52,210 bases of DNA from a virus (Duplodnaviria > Caudoviricetes). Below are positions 1 through 10,055 of the stretch, one piece after another. A model generated the notes under the pieces. The model was not told where the DNA came from. It saw only the letters and a program-made list of their open reading frames with translations, and searched no databases. The stretch covers positions 1-52,210 of IMG/VR virus record IMGVR_UViG_3300021197_001105, one strand, 5' to 3'. The position numbers and the translations under genes are program-made. Numbering within the stretch: the stretch's first letter is position 1; every line of letters begins with the position of its first letter.

Positions 1-2
1 CC

Positions 3-1286
3 GTGGCCAAAAGACCAAACGAAACAAGCGTCGAGGCAAATCTTCGCATGAACCCAGGAGGACAGGGGCTACCCCCAATGTCCTTCGGAGATCAAGACTT
101 CCTCGAGCAATATCTAATGCAGATGTTGGAGGCTCAGAATCTTCAAAGAGAAGATGACGAGGACGAAGAACAAACGTTCTTCCCAGAGGAACCGGGATAC
201 TTCCAACAAAACATCAGACCAAACATGATGGCTGGGTCGGATCCTGCTAAGGGTTTCGGGGATCTTCAAAGGTCTGCGAACTACTTTGGCCCGGGGGGTT
301 CGGATGCAGAGAATCGGATACTCTCAAGTCTACCAGATAGTAGTCTTCTTCCCAAGCCGGTCACGGACCAATTCCGAGAAGAAATGGGATATAACGATCA
401 AGAGAAAGACTTGCTTCGGATAGGTCGAGCACAAGCTGCGATGAATGAAGCACCAATGAATATTGATGCTCAACGCAGAAGTCTTGTAGAACAGAAGCAA
501 GACGAACTCAGAATGAATCAGTTTGATGCTCTTATGGAAGATTACAACCTTCCCGGTTACGAGGTCACCGGAAACATCGCCGGTAGTTACGGACCAGGGG
601 TTAGAAAAGTACAGGTTGAAAACACAGACGAACCTGACATGACTATCGCTGAGTTTATGGAAAGAAAGAAAGCAGGTTCTTTGGGCAAGAGCGGTGTTCG
701 GTCGATGACCCAGCCAACTAAGCCAGAACCTCAACAGCAACCTAAGCTACAATCTACCCATAAGGACAATGTAACTAAAAAGCCAAAGACTACTCCCACT
801 CCTGCTCCTGCAGATAAAAGAGGGGACTTCGCACCTCTTGAAGGGGAAACTTTTGCTGACTTCCAAGAAAGAACTAGTGCCTTAGATCCAAATGCAATCG
901 CATACCTGGATCCAGAATTTGCTAAGAAGTCTCAAAGGATTGACGATGCTTTCATTAGAAACATGGAAGCAAGAGGGTATGAAAAAGGAAGAGACTATGA
1001 CGCTCTTCCTAGTGACGGGGTAGAAGACTTCTCAAGAGAGATCTCTGAGGCCAAGCGTTACTTGAGGTCACAAAGAGATTATCTTGCAACCATAGATGAC
1101 GTGTCTAGTAAAGAAGGTCAAAGAGCCAGTAGGATGGTTATGGCATCTGAAAAAAGGCTAAGGGACGCAGAAAGAAAAAGAAAAGCTTTTGGTAACATGT
1201 CTCCTGCGGTGAGAGGTGCCATGAGGAATAGAGATAAACTTCTTGAGAAGTCATATGAATTAGGACCACTTGAAGAAGAGGATTGA
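3..1286 (+). CDS. Hypothetical protein, low-complexity and probably disordered (427 aa)
   Basis: Long ORF with a GTG start at the window edge (true start uncertain); its stop overlaps the next ATG (TGATG). Confidence 0.75.
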   Translation: MAKRPNETSVEANLRMNPGGQGLPPMSFGDQDFLEQYLMQMLEAQNLQREDDEDEEQTFFPEEPGYFQQNIRPNMMAGSDPAKGFGDLQRSANYFGPGGSDAENRILSSLPDSSLLPKPVTDQFREEMGYNDQEKDLLRIGRAQAAMNEAPMNIDAQRRSLVEQKQDELRMNQFDALMEDYNLPGYEVTGNIAGSYGPGVRKVQVENTDEPDMTIAEFMERKKAGSLGKSGVRSMTQPTKPEPQQQPKLQSTHKDNVTKKPKTTPTPAPADKRGDFAPLEGETFADFQERTSALDPNAIAYLDPEFAKKSQRIDDAFIRNMEARGYEKGRDYDALPSDGVEDFSREISEAKRYLRSQRDYLATIDDVSSKEGQRASRMVMASEKRLRDAERKRKAFGNMSPAVRGAMRNRDKLLEKSYELGPLEEED

Positions 1287-1795
1287 TGGAAGGCAAACAA
1301 TTTTATATAGGGTTAGGGAGTGGTGTCCGCTTGTTGTCTGAGGACTGGTACACGTCCGAGATGCAGGGAATGAGCAAGCGGGGATTCAGAGCTTTATGCA
1401 AGGCTTTGAAAGTACCGATGGTAGAGATAGGAACCGAAAGGTACGTGGAGGCAACTTCGTTCTTGTTGGCCATGCGGGCAATAACTCGTATCGGGGAAGA
1501 TGATTTCCTGGCCCCGGGCTGCGAGACGATAAGAAAGAATAGAAGGAAGAACGAGAAGAGCGAGTTAGATCTTGATAAGTTCAGAGATAACTTCGAGGTT
1601 GTCGTAGCTGAATTGGTTGCGGCTAAACGAGTTAACTCTGGTCATATGAAGGTCGAGATACAAACCGCTGCCAAAGAGGCTGCTGATAGAATGGTTAAGG
1701 CTGGTCTTCAGAACTTGCCATCTAGGGAGCAAAGGAAGTATGATCGTTCAGCACTGAAAGCCTATGCCAAAAAATGGGAAGATAACGAAAGCTAA
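1286..1795 (+). CDS. Hypothetical protein, possible N-terminal winged-HTH (excisionase-like) DNA-binding domain
   Basis: Coupled ATG at 1286; GMSKRGFRALCKALKVPMVEIGTERYV resembles an HTH followed by a wing. Confidence 0.6.
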   Translation: MEGKQFYIGLGSGVRLLSEDWYTSEMQGMSKRGFRALCKALKVPMVEIGTERYVEATSFLLAMRAITRIGEDDFLAPGCETIRKNRRKNEKSELDLDKFRDNFEVVVAELVAAKRVNSGHMKVEIQTAAKEAADRMVKAGLQNLPSREQRKYDRSALKAYAKKWEDNES

Positions 1796-2174
1796 AGCAC
1801 CCAAGGATCTAGGGGTATCTGGATTCTTTGGGTTAGATCCTGTCTCTTCTGCTATAAGAGCATCTAGGTTTGATGTTCAAGAGGAGATTGAGATACTAAT
1901 TACGCTGGCCCGGGATGCGGATCCCAAGGTACAGCTTCCCGCATTGAAGCACTTGAGGTCTGTTCTGAAGGAGGTTGCCACAGCGAATGGCATGTTCGGA
2001 ACAGTCCAAGAAACCAGGAGTGTTGATAGTGGAGAGGAAAAAGTCAGTAGCACTTTATCCACTCAGACACTTCTCTCGAACTTGAAGAAGGAGAACGAAA
2101 ATGGAAAACAAGAAGAAGGTTACGAAATCCTCAAGCCCATTGAGGCAACAAACGCTAAAGGCGAACTTAGCTGA
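1764..2174 (+). CDS. Hypothetical protein, candidate small terminase subunit
   Basis: Size and helical character, upstream of terL; assignment is positional only. Confidence 0.5.
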   Translation: MPKNGKITKAKAPKDLGVSGFFGLDPVSSAIRASRFDVQEEIEILITLARDADPKVQLPALKHLRSVLKEVATANGMFGTVQETRSVDSGEEKVSSTLSTQTLLSNLKKENENGKQEEGYEILKPIEATNAKGELS

Positions 2175-2550
2175 GGTTGCGGACACTGCCCCGGAGGTTC
2201 TACCGCTCACGGATGACGCGGTAGAACCGAAGGGGTGTACGCAAGAAACACTTGAGGTACTAAGTACTTTTGACGAGTATGATTTTGTTCGTGTGTGTGC
2301 TCTTCCTATTGTGGATCTTGGAATCTCTAACCCAGCAGAAACGTGGGCTTCTGACTACAACGATCTAGCTAAGAGGCTAAGGTCTGAGGTTGTAGACGAA
2401 AAAGGTAGAGTCCGAGATTGTTGGGTTAAGGTTTGCAACAAGATGCAGAAGTGCACACCTATCATGACTCCCGAACTCCTAGCTGTATCTGTTTGCAAGA
2501 TTGCTGGGTGGAAAGCATTTATGCGGGACGTACATGGCAAAGTGGATTGA
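2101..2550 (+). CDS. Hypothetical protein
   Basis: SD AAGGAG upstream; overlaps both neighbours in the packaging cluster. Confidence 0.65.
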   Translation: MENKKKVTKSSSPLRQQTLKANLAEVADTAPEVLPLTDDAVEPKGCTQETLEVLSTFDEYDFVRVCALPIVDLGISNPAETWASDYNDLAKRLRSEVVDEKGRVRDCWVKVCNKMQKCTPIMTPELLAVSVCKIAGWKAFMRDVHGKVD

Positions 2551-4483
2551 AAAACAAGACAACCCACTGCATCCCTTGCCTGCGGATTACATGGAGTTAT
2601 CAGAAGAAGGTCAACGTCTAGCTCGCGTAAATGCGTGCAGGATGTGGACTGACACCAAGAATCGCACACCCAAAGAAATCTCTGATGCTTTTGTAGCTGC
2701 AGTTAGATTCTTTGATTTGTGGTACTTGGTTCCTGACCACGCCAATGATTTTGATCCTTTGTTTTACGATGACGATCCTCTGGCTACTCCTGCGTTCCAC
2801 TTTGATATTCTTAAGATCTGGTCGGGAACAAGCAGGAACATCACGATTGCACCGCGTGGATCCGCTAAATCCTTTCTTGTAAGGAAGGCTTGTCTTGTAC
2901 GAATGCTTACAAGACCCATGTACACGATCTTGTACGCAACATCTACCAACGACAACGCAAAGGGAATGGGCCAGTGTCTGAAGGATCAGTTCGTCCACAA
3001 CGCGAGGATCCTAAACGACTGGGGTCCAGAGTTTCCAGACAACAGGATCGCCCCAAAAAGAGGCGAAGCACCCTTCGGCACAGAGATGCTTCAGCTCCGC
3101 AACGGTTCGTGGATTCGGTGTATATCCGCAGAAAGTCGACAGCGAGGCGGTAGACCCAGGCGTTACGTACTGGATGACCCCGAGTACGATCCGAAGGCAT
3201 CTACGTCGATGTCGCTTATCAGGCAGTACATGGATGACTTGTTGTTTAAGGTCGTGCTGCCGATGGTTATGCGTCGAGGGTGCGGTGTCGATTGGTTGGC
3301 AACGTTTGTGTCTAGGCGTCACTATGCTTGGCACGCTTTGCAAACAGAAATGGACGAGCGGGGAGATAGAGTTGCACAGGACCCAAGGTTCAACCTTTGG
3401 GCACGGAGCATTATCCGTGCTGCTTATGAGGATGATGATGGGAATCTCCAGTCTTGTTGGCCCGATATGTGGCCAGCTACGGTAAAGGAAAAGGAAGATA
3501 ACCCTGAGTGGAAGGATCGTGTATCTCTAGAAGAGATCAAGCAGATCATCGGTACGTCTAACTTCCTAGCGGAGTATATGGCACAACCCGGTGCTGCAGA
3601 GGATTCGTTCTTCCCTCAACCAGAAAGGAAGAAGCATGGTTGGTGGCTTACTAAGGTCGACGAGGTCTACGAGCAATCGCCTAGGTCGTCGGGTGCTTTT
3701 ATTCATTGGGATGATGGGGAGTCTGATCGTTCGATGCCTATCGGTGACTTTCTACAGGACACCCGACTCTTCATGACGGTTGATACCTCTTACACAGCTA
3801 AGAGGGACTCAGACTTCAAGGTTGCTTGTGTGATGGGTGTAGACCCTAACAACAACCTGTTTGTCTTCGATATGTGGAGCGGCCAGTGTCAGGAGTCCCG
3901 GCTCATGTCGGAGATCTTCATCATGGCTGACCGGTGGAGGGTCCCTACGATCCACCCGGAAGCGATCAAGCAGGGCCTGGGTTTGTGCAATAACCTTGAG
4001 GCAATCGTCAAGACAAGGGCTAACGAGATGGCGGGGGTATCGCATCTTCCTGCTATCAAGAAGCTTAACCCGGGACAGATCGAGAAGGTTTCCAAGATCG
4101 CGGGTCTCAACTTGAGGTTTGAGCACGGCAAGATCAAGATGCCATTCTTCCTGAAGCACCGGCCCCAGTGGGCGCGGTTATTTGACCAGATTGAGCAGTT
4201 CAACCCTGATGCCAAGGACGGGGGACTCCAGCACGACGACGAACTCGACTGCGTTGCCATGTCACAGTTCATCATCCGGGGTAGACTACGGGCCACCCCT
4301 AAGCAGGAGGTAGAGGTATTTGATCCTGTAGAGGAGATCGCTAACGGCAACTACTTCGACCAAGCGGGGAACCCAATCGGTTTTGGAATTGACTGGTCAC
4401 GTATCCCGGCATCCGAGCTACTTCAGATTGCTGAACAACAAAGAATGAACGAGGAGGACAACAATGGAACAAGCAGGGTTTGA
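2534..4483 (+). CDS. terL: Terminase large subunit
   Basis: Walker A APRGSAKS; RGGRPRRYVLDDPE (motif plus Walker B); RNase H-like nuclease acidic motifs MTVDTSY and HDDELDCVA. Start placed at MAKWIEK. Confidence 0.93.
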   Translation: MAKWIEKQDNPLHPLPADYMELSEEGQRLARVNACRMWTDTKNRTPKEISDAFVAAVRFFDLWYLVPDHANDFDPLFYDDDPLATPAFHFDILKIWSGTSRNITIAPRGSAKSFLVRKACLVRMLTRPMYTILYATSTNDNAKGMGQCLKDQFVHNARILNDWGPEFPDNRIAPKRGEAPFGTEMLQLRNGSWIRCISAESRQRGGRPRRYVLDDPEYDPKASTSMSLIRQYMDDLLFKVVLPMVMRRGCGVDWLATFVSRRHYAWHALQTEMDERGDRVAQDPRFNLWARSIIRAAYEDDDGNLQSCWPDMWPATVKEKEDNPEWKDRVSLEEIKQIIGTSNFLAEYMAQPGAAEDSFFPQPERKKHGWWLTKVDEVYEQSPRSSGAFIHWDDGESDRSMPIGDFLQDTRLFMTVDTSYTAKRDSDFKVACVMGVDPNNNLFVFDMWSGQCQESRLMSEIFIMADRWRVPTIHPEAIKQGLGLCNNLEAIVKTRANEMAGVSHLPAIKKLNPGQIEKVSKIAGLNLRFEHGKIKMPFFLKHRPQWARLFDQIEQFNPDAKDGGLQHDDELDCVAMSQFIIRGRLRATPKQEVEVFDPVEEIANGNYFDQAGNPIGFGIDWSRIPASELLQIAEQQRMNEEDNNGTSRV

Positions 4484-4766
4484 TCCTAGATATCATGCGA
4501 TGGTCCCTATATCTTATCTTGACAGGCTGTTACGCTGTTACTATGGACGAGGCCCTCGAGATGGGGAGCAAGTAGAACAGTATGCTCCTGAGAATCCAAG
4601 CACCGAGGTGGTGGGAGGATTTGATCTTAAAGGTCTTGATCTGACAAACGGTATGCCTGAAGGGTTTAAACCCAAAGGCGTAGCAAAGAGAAAACAAGAG
4701 GCGGCTAATGCCCATCGACACAATTCAGCTACCGAAGGACAAGACATCCCTAGCGAGGGTGATTGA
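4464..4766 (+). CDS. Hypothetical protein between terL and portal
   Basis: SD GGAGGA before the ATG; fills the terL-portal gap. Confidence 0.65.
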   Translation: MEQAGFDPRYHAMVPISYLDRLLRCYYGRGPRDGEQVEQYAPENPSTEVVGGFDLKGLDLTNGMPEGFKPKGVAKRKQEAANAHRHNSATEGQDIPSEGD

Positions 4767-6708
4767 TCAACACGCAGAGCGTGAGTCTAGTCGTCTTTCG
4801 TACCGAAGAACTACTTGGCTGTTAGCGTGGTACTACCTGAACGGTGCTCGTCGATTCGACGTGTTTGACCCTATCAATGGGGCGATACAACCTCACTACC
4901 TAGATGAAGACGGAAACATGGAGTTTCAGTCCCAGGAACTCCTGTCTGCAATAGACAAGGTATCTGCTCGTCTAGCCTCTATGAACTTGATGCCAAAGGT
5001 CTACCGCAAGGGCAATAGTCTTTCTGCGATTCGAGACCGGTCGGTAGCTCAGATTATTCTGAACTCAGTTACTTCGGAGGATCAACTTGAAAGAACAAAG
5101 ACCCAGTTCGCTCATATCTTTACGACGCTTGGTTCTTGTGGCATTAGCGGTCACATTGTAGATCACCCTACAATTGGACTAACTACAGATCTTGAAGTCA
5201 TTCACCCTAGAGAACTGTTCCCGTTCCCCTCTCTCGGTAATGACTACACAAAGCAGCGTGGTTTGATGCGTCAACGCTCTGTCCCTGTCTCGTTCTTGAA
5301 GGAAGTCTTTGGTAAGAAGATATCCTCGAACATTGAAAAGATGGAGTATTGGGAAAAGACTTACGGCGAGGGTCTAGAAGAAGATCAGGGTGATGATTTC
5401 CAATCGTTTGCTAAATACAACGATGAGTTTGGTAGCCCTCGTTCTTCAGAGAGCGGAGACCAAACTTCAATGGGAGTAGCTAGAATCCGAGAGCTATGGT
5501 TGTATGGAACCCACAACACAGTATCTCGATACATAGTTACGAGTGGGGATTATGTCATAGCCGACGAAGACTACGAGGGCCTGGAAGTCTTCTGTCCAAT
5601 TGGATTCTCTCGGTTTATGGAAAACGGTAGTTTCCACGGAGCTGGGTTGTTCGACCTGCTCTTCTCGATCTCTCGAGAACTTGAGAAGATGATGAAGCAG
5701 CTCTTCAACAACGTTCGTGATCAAGACAAGTATGGCGTTCTTGTCATGCCACAGGGCCAGATGAACGAACGTCAAATGCTCCGTGACGTAGGCAAGGGTC
5801 TTCGAGTCATGCCTTGGGAACCAGATCCAGTATCCGAAGGCTTCCGTCCTTTTGCTATCCAACCAAATAACACAGGCGATGTACCCGGTAAGACTGCAGG
5901 TTTTGCTAAGAATGCAATGGAATCCCTGAATCCAATTACGGATCTGATTCGTGAGAAGGGCAGAGTCGACTCTGCGTCAGGCTTGTCCTTCCTAGATGAG
6001 CAGGTCAACAAGGCAATGACCAACCCTACTCGGGGTATTGAGCAGGCATTTGGTACTTGTTACCAGTCTATGCTCTCGTCAGCCAACCGGGTAATTATGA
6101 GTTCTCCTAGAGCTCTACCTTTGTCTGATCTGACTCTGGATATGGCGGGTGCGATCTTCGACAAAGAAAGCGGAACCGTTAACTTCCAAGGTGCTAACCC
6201 GATTCCGTCAGCTTCTAATCTTAAGTTTGGCGTGCAGGAACGAAGTCCCCGCTCGATGGTTGCCCGTAAGCAGGAAGCTATGCAGATGCTTCAGGCAGGG
6301 GTCACTGACCCTGACGCTTTGAAGATCTTTGCACTGCAAGAGGGACTGGACTTTGCGATGTATATGGAGGAGGAAAAAGCCTCCTACCAGACCGTTATCG
6401 AGAATTGTCTTAGGCTGTACAGTGATGGTAAAGATCCGGGAGAGGTCGTACTTACCCCACAAACCGCAGCACCTAAGCTACAACTCAGGGTCCTAACTGC
6501 TTTCATGACATCACCTACGATGTCGGTGGCATCCCCTGAAGTTCAAGATGAGTTCATGAAGTACCGTCAGTTCTTGATGGACTCAATGGGAATGACGTTG
6601 CCGGAGGCAGTGCCAAATCCCGATGATATGGCTATTCTAATGCAAGCTGAACAGGCTATGCAGCAACAAATGATGCAGGCACAACAACAAGGTCAAGGAG
6701 CCGTCTAA
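4708..6708 (+). CDS. Portal protein
   Basis: 666 aa between terL and scaffold/capsid; helical, with the Q/M-rich C-terminal tail typical of podovirus-type portals. Confidence 0.85.
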   Translation: MPIDTIQLPKDKTSLARVIDQHAERESSRLSYRRTTWLLAWYYLNGARRFDVFDPINGAIQPHYLDEDGNMEFQSQELLSAIDKVSARLASMNLMPKVYRKGNSLSAIRDRSVAQIILNSVTSEDQLERTKTQFAHIFTTLGSCGISGHIVDHPTIGLTTDLEVIHPRELFPFPSLGNDYTKQRGLMRQRSVPVSFLKEVFGKKISSNIEKMEYWEKTYGEGLEEDQGDDFQSFAKYNDEFGSPRSSESGDQTSMGVARIRELWLYGTHNTVSRYIVTSGDYVIADEDYEGLEVFCPIGFSRFMENGSFHGAGLFDLLFSISRELEKMMKQLFNNVRDQDKYGVLVMPQGQMNERQMLRDVGKGLRVMPWEPDPVSEGFRPFAIQPNNTGDVPGKTAGFAKNAMESLNPITDLIREKGRVDSASGLSFLDEQVNKAMTNPTRGIEQAFGTCYQSMLSSANRVIMSSPRALPLSDLTLDMAGAIFDKESGTVNFQGANPIPSASNLKFGVQERSPRSMVARKQEAMQMLQAGVTDPDALKIFALQEGLDFAMYMEEEKASYQTVIENCLRLYSDGKDPGEVVLTPQTAAPKLQLRVLTAFMTSPTMSVASPEVQDEFMKYRQFLMDSMGMTLPEAVPNPDDMAILMQAEQAMQQQMMQAQQQGQGAV

Positions 6709-7658
6709 TGTCAGATAACCAAGTACAAGAACAACCAACCCAAGAAACGGCAGCAGCCCCTACCCCTGAAACTCAGGAGCAACCTACCCCAACCCCTTCT
6801 ATGGATTTGAATTCCACTGTAGAGGTAAACGGTAAGCAAGTTCCTGTTTCAGAACTAATCAGCCAAGCTGGTCAGGTAGACGAACTTAAGAGTTTTAGGT
6901 CTGCTGCTTCAGCATTGATGAAGGGTGATACTCTTCCTCCTGTTGAAAGAGAGAATGCAATGCGTCATCTCCTCTCAGCAGAAGGTTACAGCCCTGCCCA
7001 AATTGAGAATTACATTGTTGATTCGAGGGAGCTTTACGAACCCTCTGGAGAAGAAAGGTACGAAGAACGAATGGACTATCCTGAAAATGAGGCCCAGGCC
7101 CCAGCTCCTGCACCTGCTCCAAATGTAGACGAGGGTGCTCGACAGCAGCTTGAAGACATGCAGCGTCAGAACAATCAGATGCAAGTCGACATGTTGAAAA
7201 CCAACCTCACGAATGCAATGGACAAGACAATGGCGTCTAACGCCAGCATTCACACCCTCATGGGTAAGAGCAAAGAACTAGCGGGAGAAGAAGGCTATGC
7301 CTCCCGGGTTCAGGGAATTAAGGACGAAGTTCAAAGAATTGCACTCGATTCAATGCGACAACGAAGAAGTCGCGGAGAAAAGTTTGACAAAGCATGGTTT
7401 GACGAGGAAACTAACAAAGCAGCTGATACTGTTTATCAGCGAATTCGGTCGGTCATCGGTGACCCGGACAAGATCCAAAGGGCACCGGAAACAGCATCGG
7501 ATGCAGAACGTTTTATTTCAAAGCCTCCCGTTGCCACACCCCAGTACGAAGCTGGAGACAACATGGGCACAGTTACAGACAAGTCGCATGACTTTACTGT
7601 AGACGCCCTGTCTCGACTTTCTGCTGACCTTGGTCTCGGTGGCGATAGTAAGATTTAA
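6708..7658 (+). CDS. Capsid scaffolding protein
   Basis: Acidic P/T/E/Q-rich N-terminus, a VEVNGKQVPVSEL segment and coiled coils; lies between portal and capsid. Confidence 0.75.
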   Translation: MSDNQVQEQPTQETAAAPTPETQEQPTPTPSMDLNSTVEVNGKQVPVSELISQAGQVDELKSFRSAASALMKGDTLPPVERENAMRHLLSAEGYSPAQIENYIVDSRELYEPSGEERYEERMDYPENEAQAPAPAPAPNVDEGARQQLEDMQRQNNQMQVDMLKTNLTNAMDKTMASNASIHTLMGKSKELAGEEGYASRVQGIKDEVQRIALDSMRQRRSRGEKFDKAWFDEETNKAADTVYQRIRSVIGDPDKIQRAPETASDAERFISKPPVATPQYEAGDNMGTVTDKSHDFTVDALSRLSADLGLGGDSKI

Positions 7659-7670
7659 TGAGGAGAAGTC

Positions 7671-9287
7671 ATGTCGACTTTTGCACCCACAGGCGCACTC
7701 TTCGATAAGCATTCCGACCGGATTGAAGAAGTCATCAATAAGAACATTGAGGTCTTTCTTCCATCTCTTGACCCAGTATGGCGTGACACTGTTGTCACTT
7801 CACAAGGTGTAGGTCCAGCCGACGCAATCGGTAGGGACATGAAAATCATCAAGACATACATGGGTTCAATGGCGGGTGTTCTCGAACAGGGCAAACCACG
7901 TAACGATATCGGTCTCTACGGAGATCAAACTGCCGATCTCGGCACTCGTATGTACACCCAATCTTTGGCTGAAACTTGGCCAGATCCGTTGGATGGACCT
8001 AACGCTAGTCCCTTCCGTCTGGGTATCGGTATGCGTTCCATGATGTCCAACATCATGTTTACGCTTGGCGAACTCCAGGCTGAAGCAATGCCTGCGTTTA
8101 TTGGCGAAGTTATTGCTCCAAAGCTGGAAGGCTTTGCCAAGAACATCGCTCACACCCTTTGCAACTACTGGTATCTGAACCAGAATGATGCTTACAAGCT
8201 CGGCACTATTGGCGCTGTTCGTGACGTTACAAATAGTAACGACACTATTCAGGCTAGTTGCACCGAGCTTCGAGTAACCATCAACGAACTGTGTTATGAC
8301 CGGTTCTATGTTGGTCAGCGTGTAGACATCATGGAGACTTCTACCGTAACTGCTGGCCGTCGTAACGATACTGCTGATGATGGTTCGCAGACTACAGCTA
8401 CGCGAATCCCTGTATTCGTGTCTTCAGTTGATGAACTGAAGGGCTACGTCTACCTTAAGGCTTCCGCAGCTGCGTTCCACACTACCCCCGGTGGTAACGG
8501 AACAACTGCTGTTGGTGACGTAATCCTGTACGCTAACTCTCATAACGAGGGTGGCTCATCACCAGTTGCTTCTACCGGCATCGCCGGTATCAACAGCTGG
8601 CTCAAGGGTGGTTCAGGCGGTTCAGACAACTTCCTCCTTGGAGATGAGAAGTCGGGTACTGCAACTGAACGGATTGACGTTAATGTCCATCCTGAGTTCA
8701 AGTCCTTCACTAAGAGTGGCGTTGGAACACTGACTGAGCATAAGCTCCGCCAGTACCTGCGTCGTTTCCATTCCGCTAAGAACAAGCATGGTCAGTACAT
8801 TGACTGTCTTGTTGCTTCGGATGGTGTATGGCTGGCTTATGAGGCTACTAAGATTGGTCGCGAGATTCTCGACCGAACTGGCCGTCTCAGCAGCATGAGC
8901 ACTGAAGGTTCGCAGGACGGGTTTACCTTTGCCTTCGACGGTCGTTCATACAAGGGCTACACTTCAACTTACGTTGAGGATGGCACTGTTTATGGACTCC
9001 GTAAGGGCGGGTCAAACTGGAAGCGTTATGTGCCACCTACACCTGCAGGCTACAGCAGCTTTGATCGGGCTGATTCATTCATCCCCTTCAACTTCATCGC
9101 TGGTGCCCTGACAGGAACTGGTACTAACAAGCTGCCTATCTACGATAGCTCTGCTTCGGGCAACCGCAGCATGGTTACCGAGGGCGTCCAGATGCCTGGA
9201 CTCCTGCGTATGCAGCTCGTACCTGATCAACCCTCTGGAATGAAGTTGACCGGAGTTTCATCCGACAACGTATTCAGCGAGTATTGA
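7671..9287 (+). CDS. Major capsid protein with an internal beta-rich insertion
   Basis: Position after the scaffold, SD GAGGAG, codon usage that looks highly expressed, TGIAGINSWL motif, followed by a terminator. Confidence 0.85.
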   Translation: MSTFAPTGALFDKHSDRIEEVINKNIEVFLPSLDPVWRDTVVTSQGVGPADAIGRDMKIIKTYMGSMAGVLEQGKPRNDIGLYGDQTADLGTRMYTQSLAETWPDPLDGPNASPFRLGIGMRSMMSNIMFTLGELQAEAMPAFIGEVIAPKLEGFAKNIAHTLCNYWYLNQNDAYKLGTIGAVRDVTNSNDTIQASCTELRVTINELCYDRFYVGQRVDIMETSTVTAGRRNDTADDGSQTTATRIPVFVSSVDELKGYVYLKASAAAFHTTPGGNGTTAVGDVILYANSHNEGGSSPVASTGIAGINSWLKGGSGGSDNFLLGDEKSGTATERIDVNVHPEFKSFTKSGVGTLTEHKLRQYLRRFHSAKNKHGQYIDCLVASDGVWLAYEATKIGREILDRTGRLSSMSTEGSQDGFTFAFDGRSYKGYTSTYVEDGTVYGLRKGGSNWKRYVPPTPAGYSSFDRADSFIPFNFIAGALTGTGTNKLPIYDSSASGNRSMVTEGVQMPGLLRMQLVPDQPSGMKLTGVSSDNVFSEY

Positions 9288-9318
9288 TCCCGAAGGAAAG
9301 TCCTCCTTCCCCTTGATT

Positions 9319-9360
9319 GGGAGTCCCCAGCCTCCGGGGGCTCCCTTTCTTTTTGTTTTC
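9319..9360 (+). terminator. Intrinsic terminator after the major capsid gene
   Basis: GGGAGTCCCC-agcctcc-GGGGGCTCCC 10-bp stem followed by TTTCTTTTTGTTTT. Confidence 0.85.
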
Positions 9361-9379
9361 AGGGAGTTACAATAGAACT

Positions 9380-9532
9380 ATGGCTAAGAAAAAGAAGAAA
9401 GCAAGCGATGCCTGCGCTAAGAAGGTAAAGAAGCGGTACAAGGTATGGCCTTCCGCTTATGCTTCTGGAGCCGTGGTCAAGTGCCGCAAGGTCGGAGCGA
9501 AGAACTGGGGCAAGGGTAAGAAGAAGAAGTAA
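9380..9532 (+). CDS. Small Lys-rich protein (resembles DUF5872-type phage proteins)
   Basis: MAKKKKKASDAC...YKVWPSAYASGAVVKCRK; ATG at 9380; coupled to the next gene. Confidence 0.75.
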   Translation: MAKKKKKASDACAKKVKKRYKVWPSAYASGAVVKCRKVGAKNWGKGKKKK

Positions 9533-9765
9533 TGGCTAAAGAAGGTCTACGTAAATGGTTTGGCCGCAACAAAGGAACCGGTTGGGTTGACTGCAAAACC
9601 GGTAAGCCTTGCGGTCGTAAGTCCGCCAAAGGTAAATCCAAGAGAGCGTACCCCGCTTGTAGACCAACTAAGTCGCAGTGCACATCGGCTAGTAAAAGAA
9701 AGACAGGACCGGGAAGGGTCAACTGGAAGAAGAAGAAGACAACCACTAGGCGAAAGAAGAAGTAA
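9532..9765 (+). CDS. Small Lys-rich protein (GLRKWF...GKPCGR...YPACRP type)
   Basis: Motif pattern recurrent in aquatic phages; TAATG coupling. Confidence 0.75.
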   Translation: MAKEGLRKWFGRNKGTGWVDCKTGKPCGRKSAKGKSKRAYPACRPTKSQCTSASKRKTGPGRVNWKKKKTTTRRKKK

Positions 9766-10055
9766 TGGCTAAGAGAAAAGGAACCATGAAAGGGCACACG
9801 ATTAAAGGAGGACATAAGCGTTCTACTAAATCGGGTGCTGGCATGACTAAGAAAGGCGTTGCTAAATACCGGAAGGATAACCCCGGAAGCAAGCTCAAGA
9901 CAGCTGTTACTGGTAAGGTTAAAGCAGGTAGCAAAGCTGCAGGAAGAAGGAAGTCTTTCTGTGCTCGCATGAAAGGCGTAAAGGGTCCGATGAAAGATAG
10001 TAAAGGACGGCCTACTCGAAAGGCTGCTTCCCTAAAAAGATGGAGGTGTGGATGA
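9765..10055 (+). CDS. Small basic protein (resembles DUF6321)
   Basis: GMTKKGVAKYR..NPGSKLKTAV...RRKSFCARM motif. Confidence 0.75.
   Translation: MAKRKGTMKGHTIKGGHKRSTKSGAGMTKKGVAKYRKDNPGSKLKTAVTGKVKAGSKAAGRRKSFCARMKGVKGPMKDSKGRPTRKAASLKRWRCG

Noticed and set aside
9260-9320. Programmed frameshift or read-through extending the capsid protein
   Set aside because: No slippery heptamer near the stop, and a terminator follows directly.
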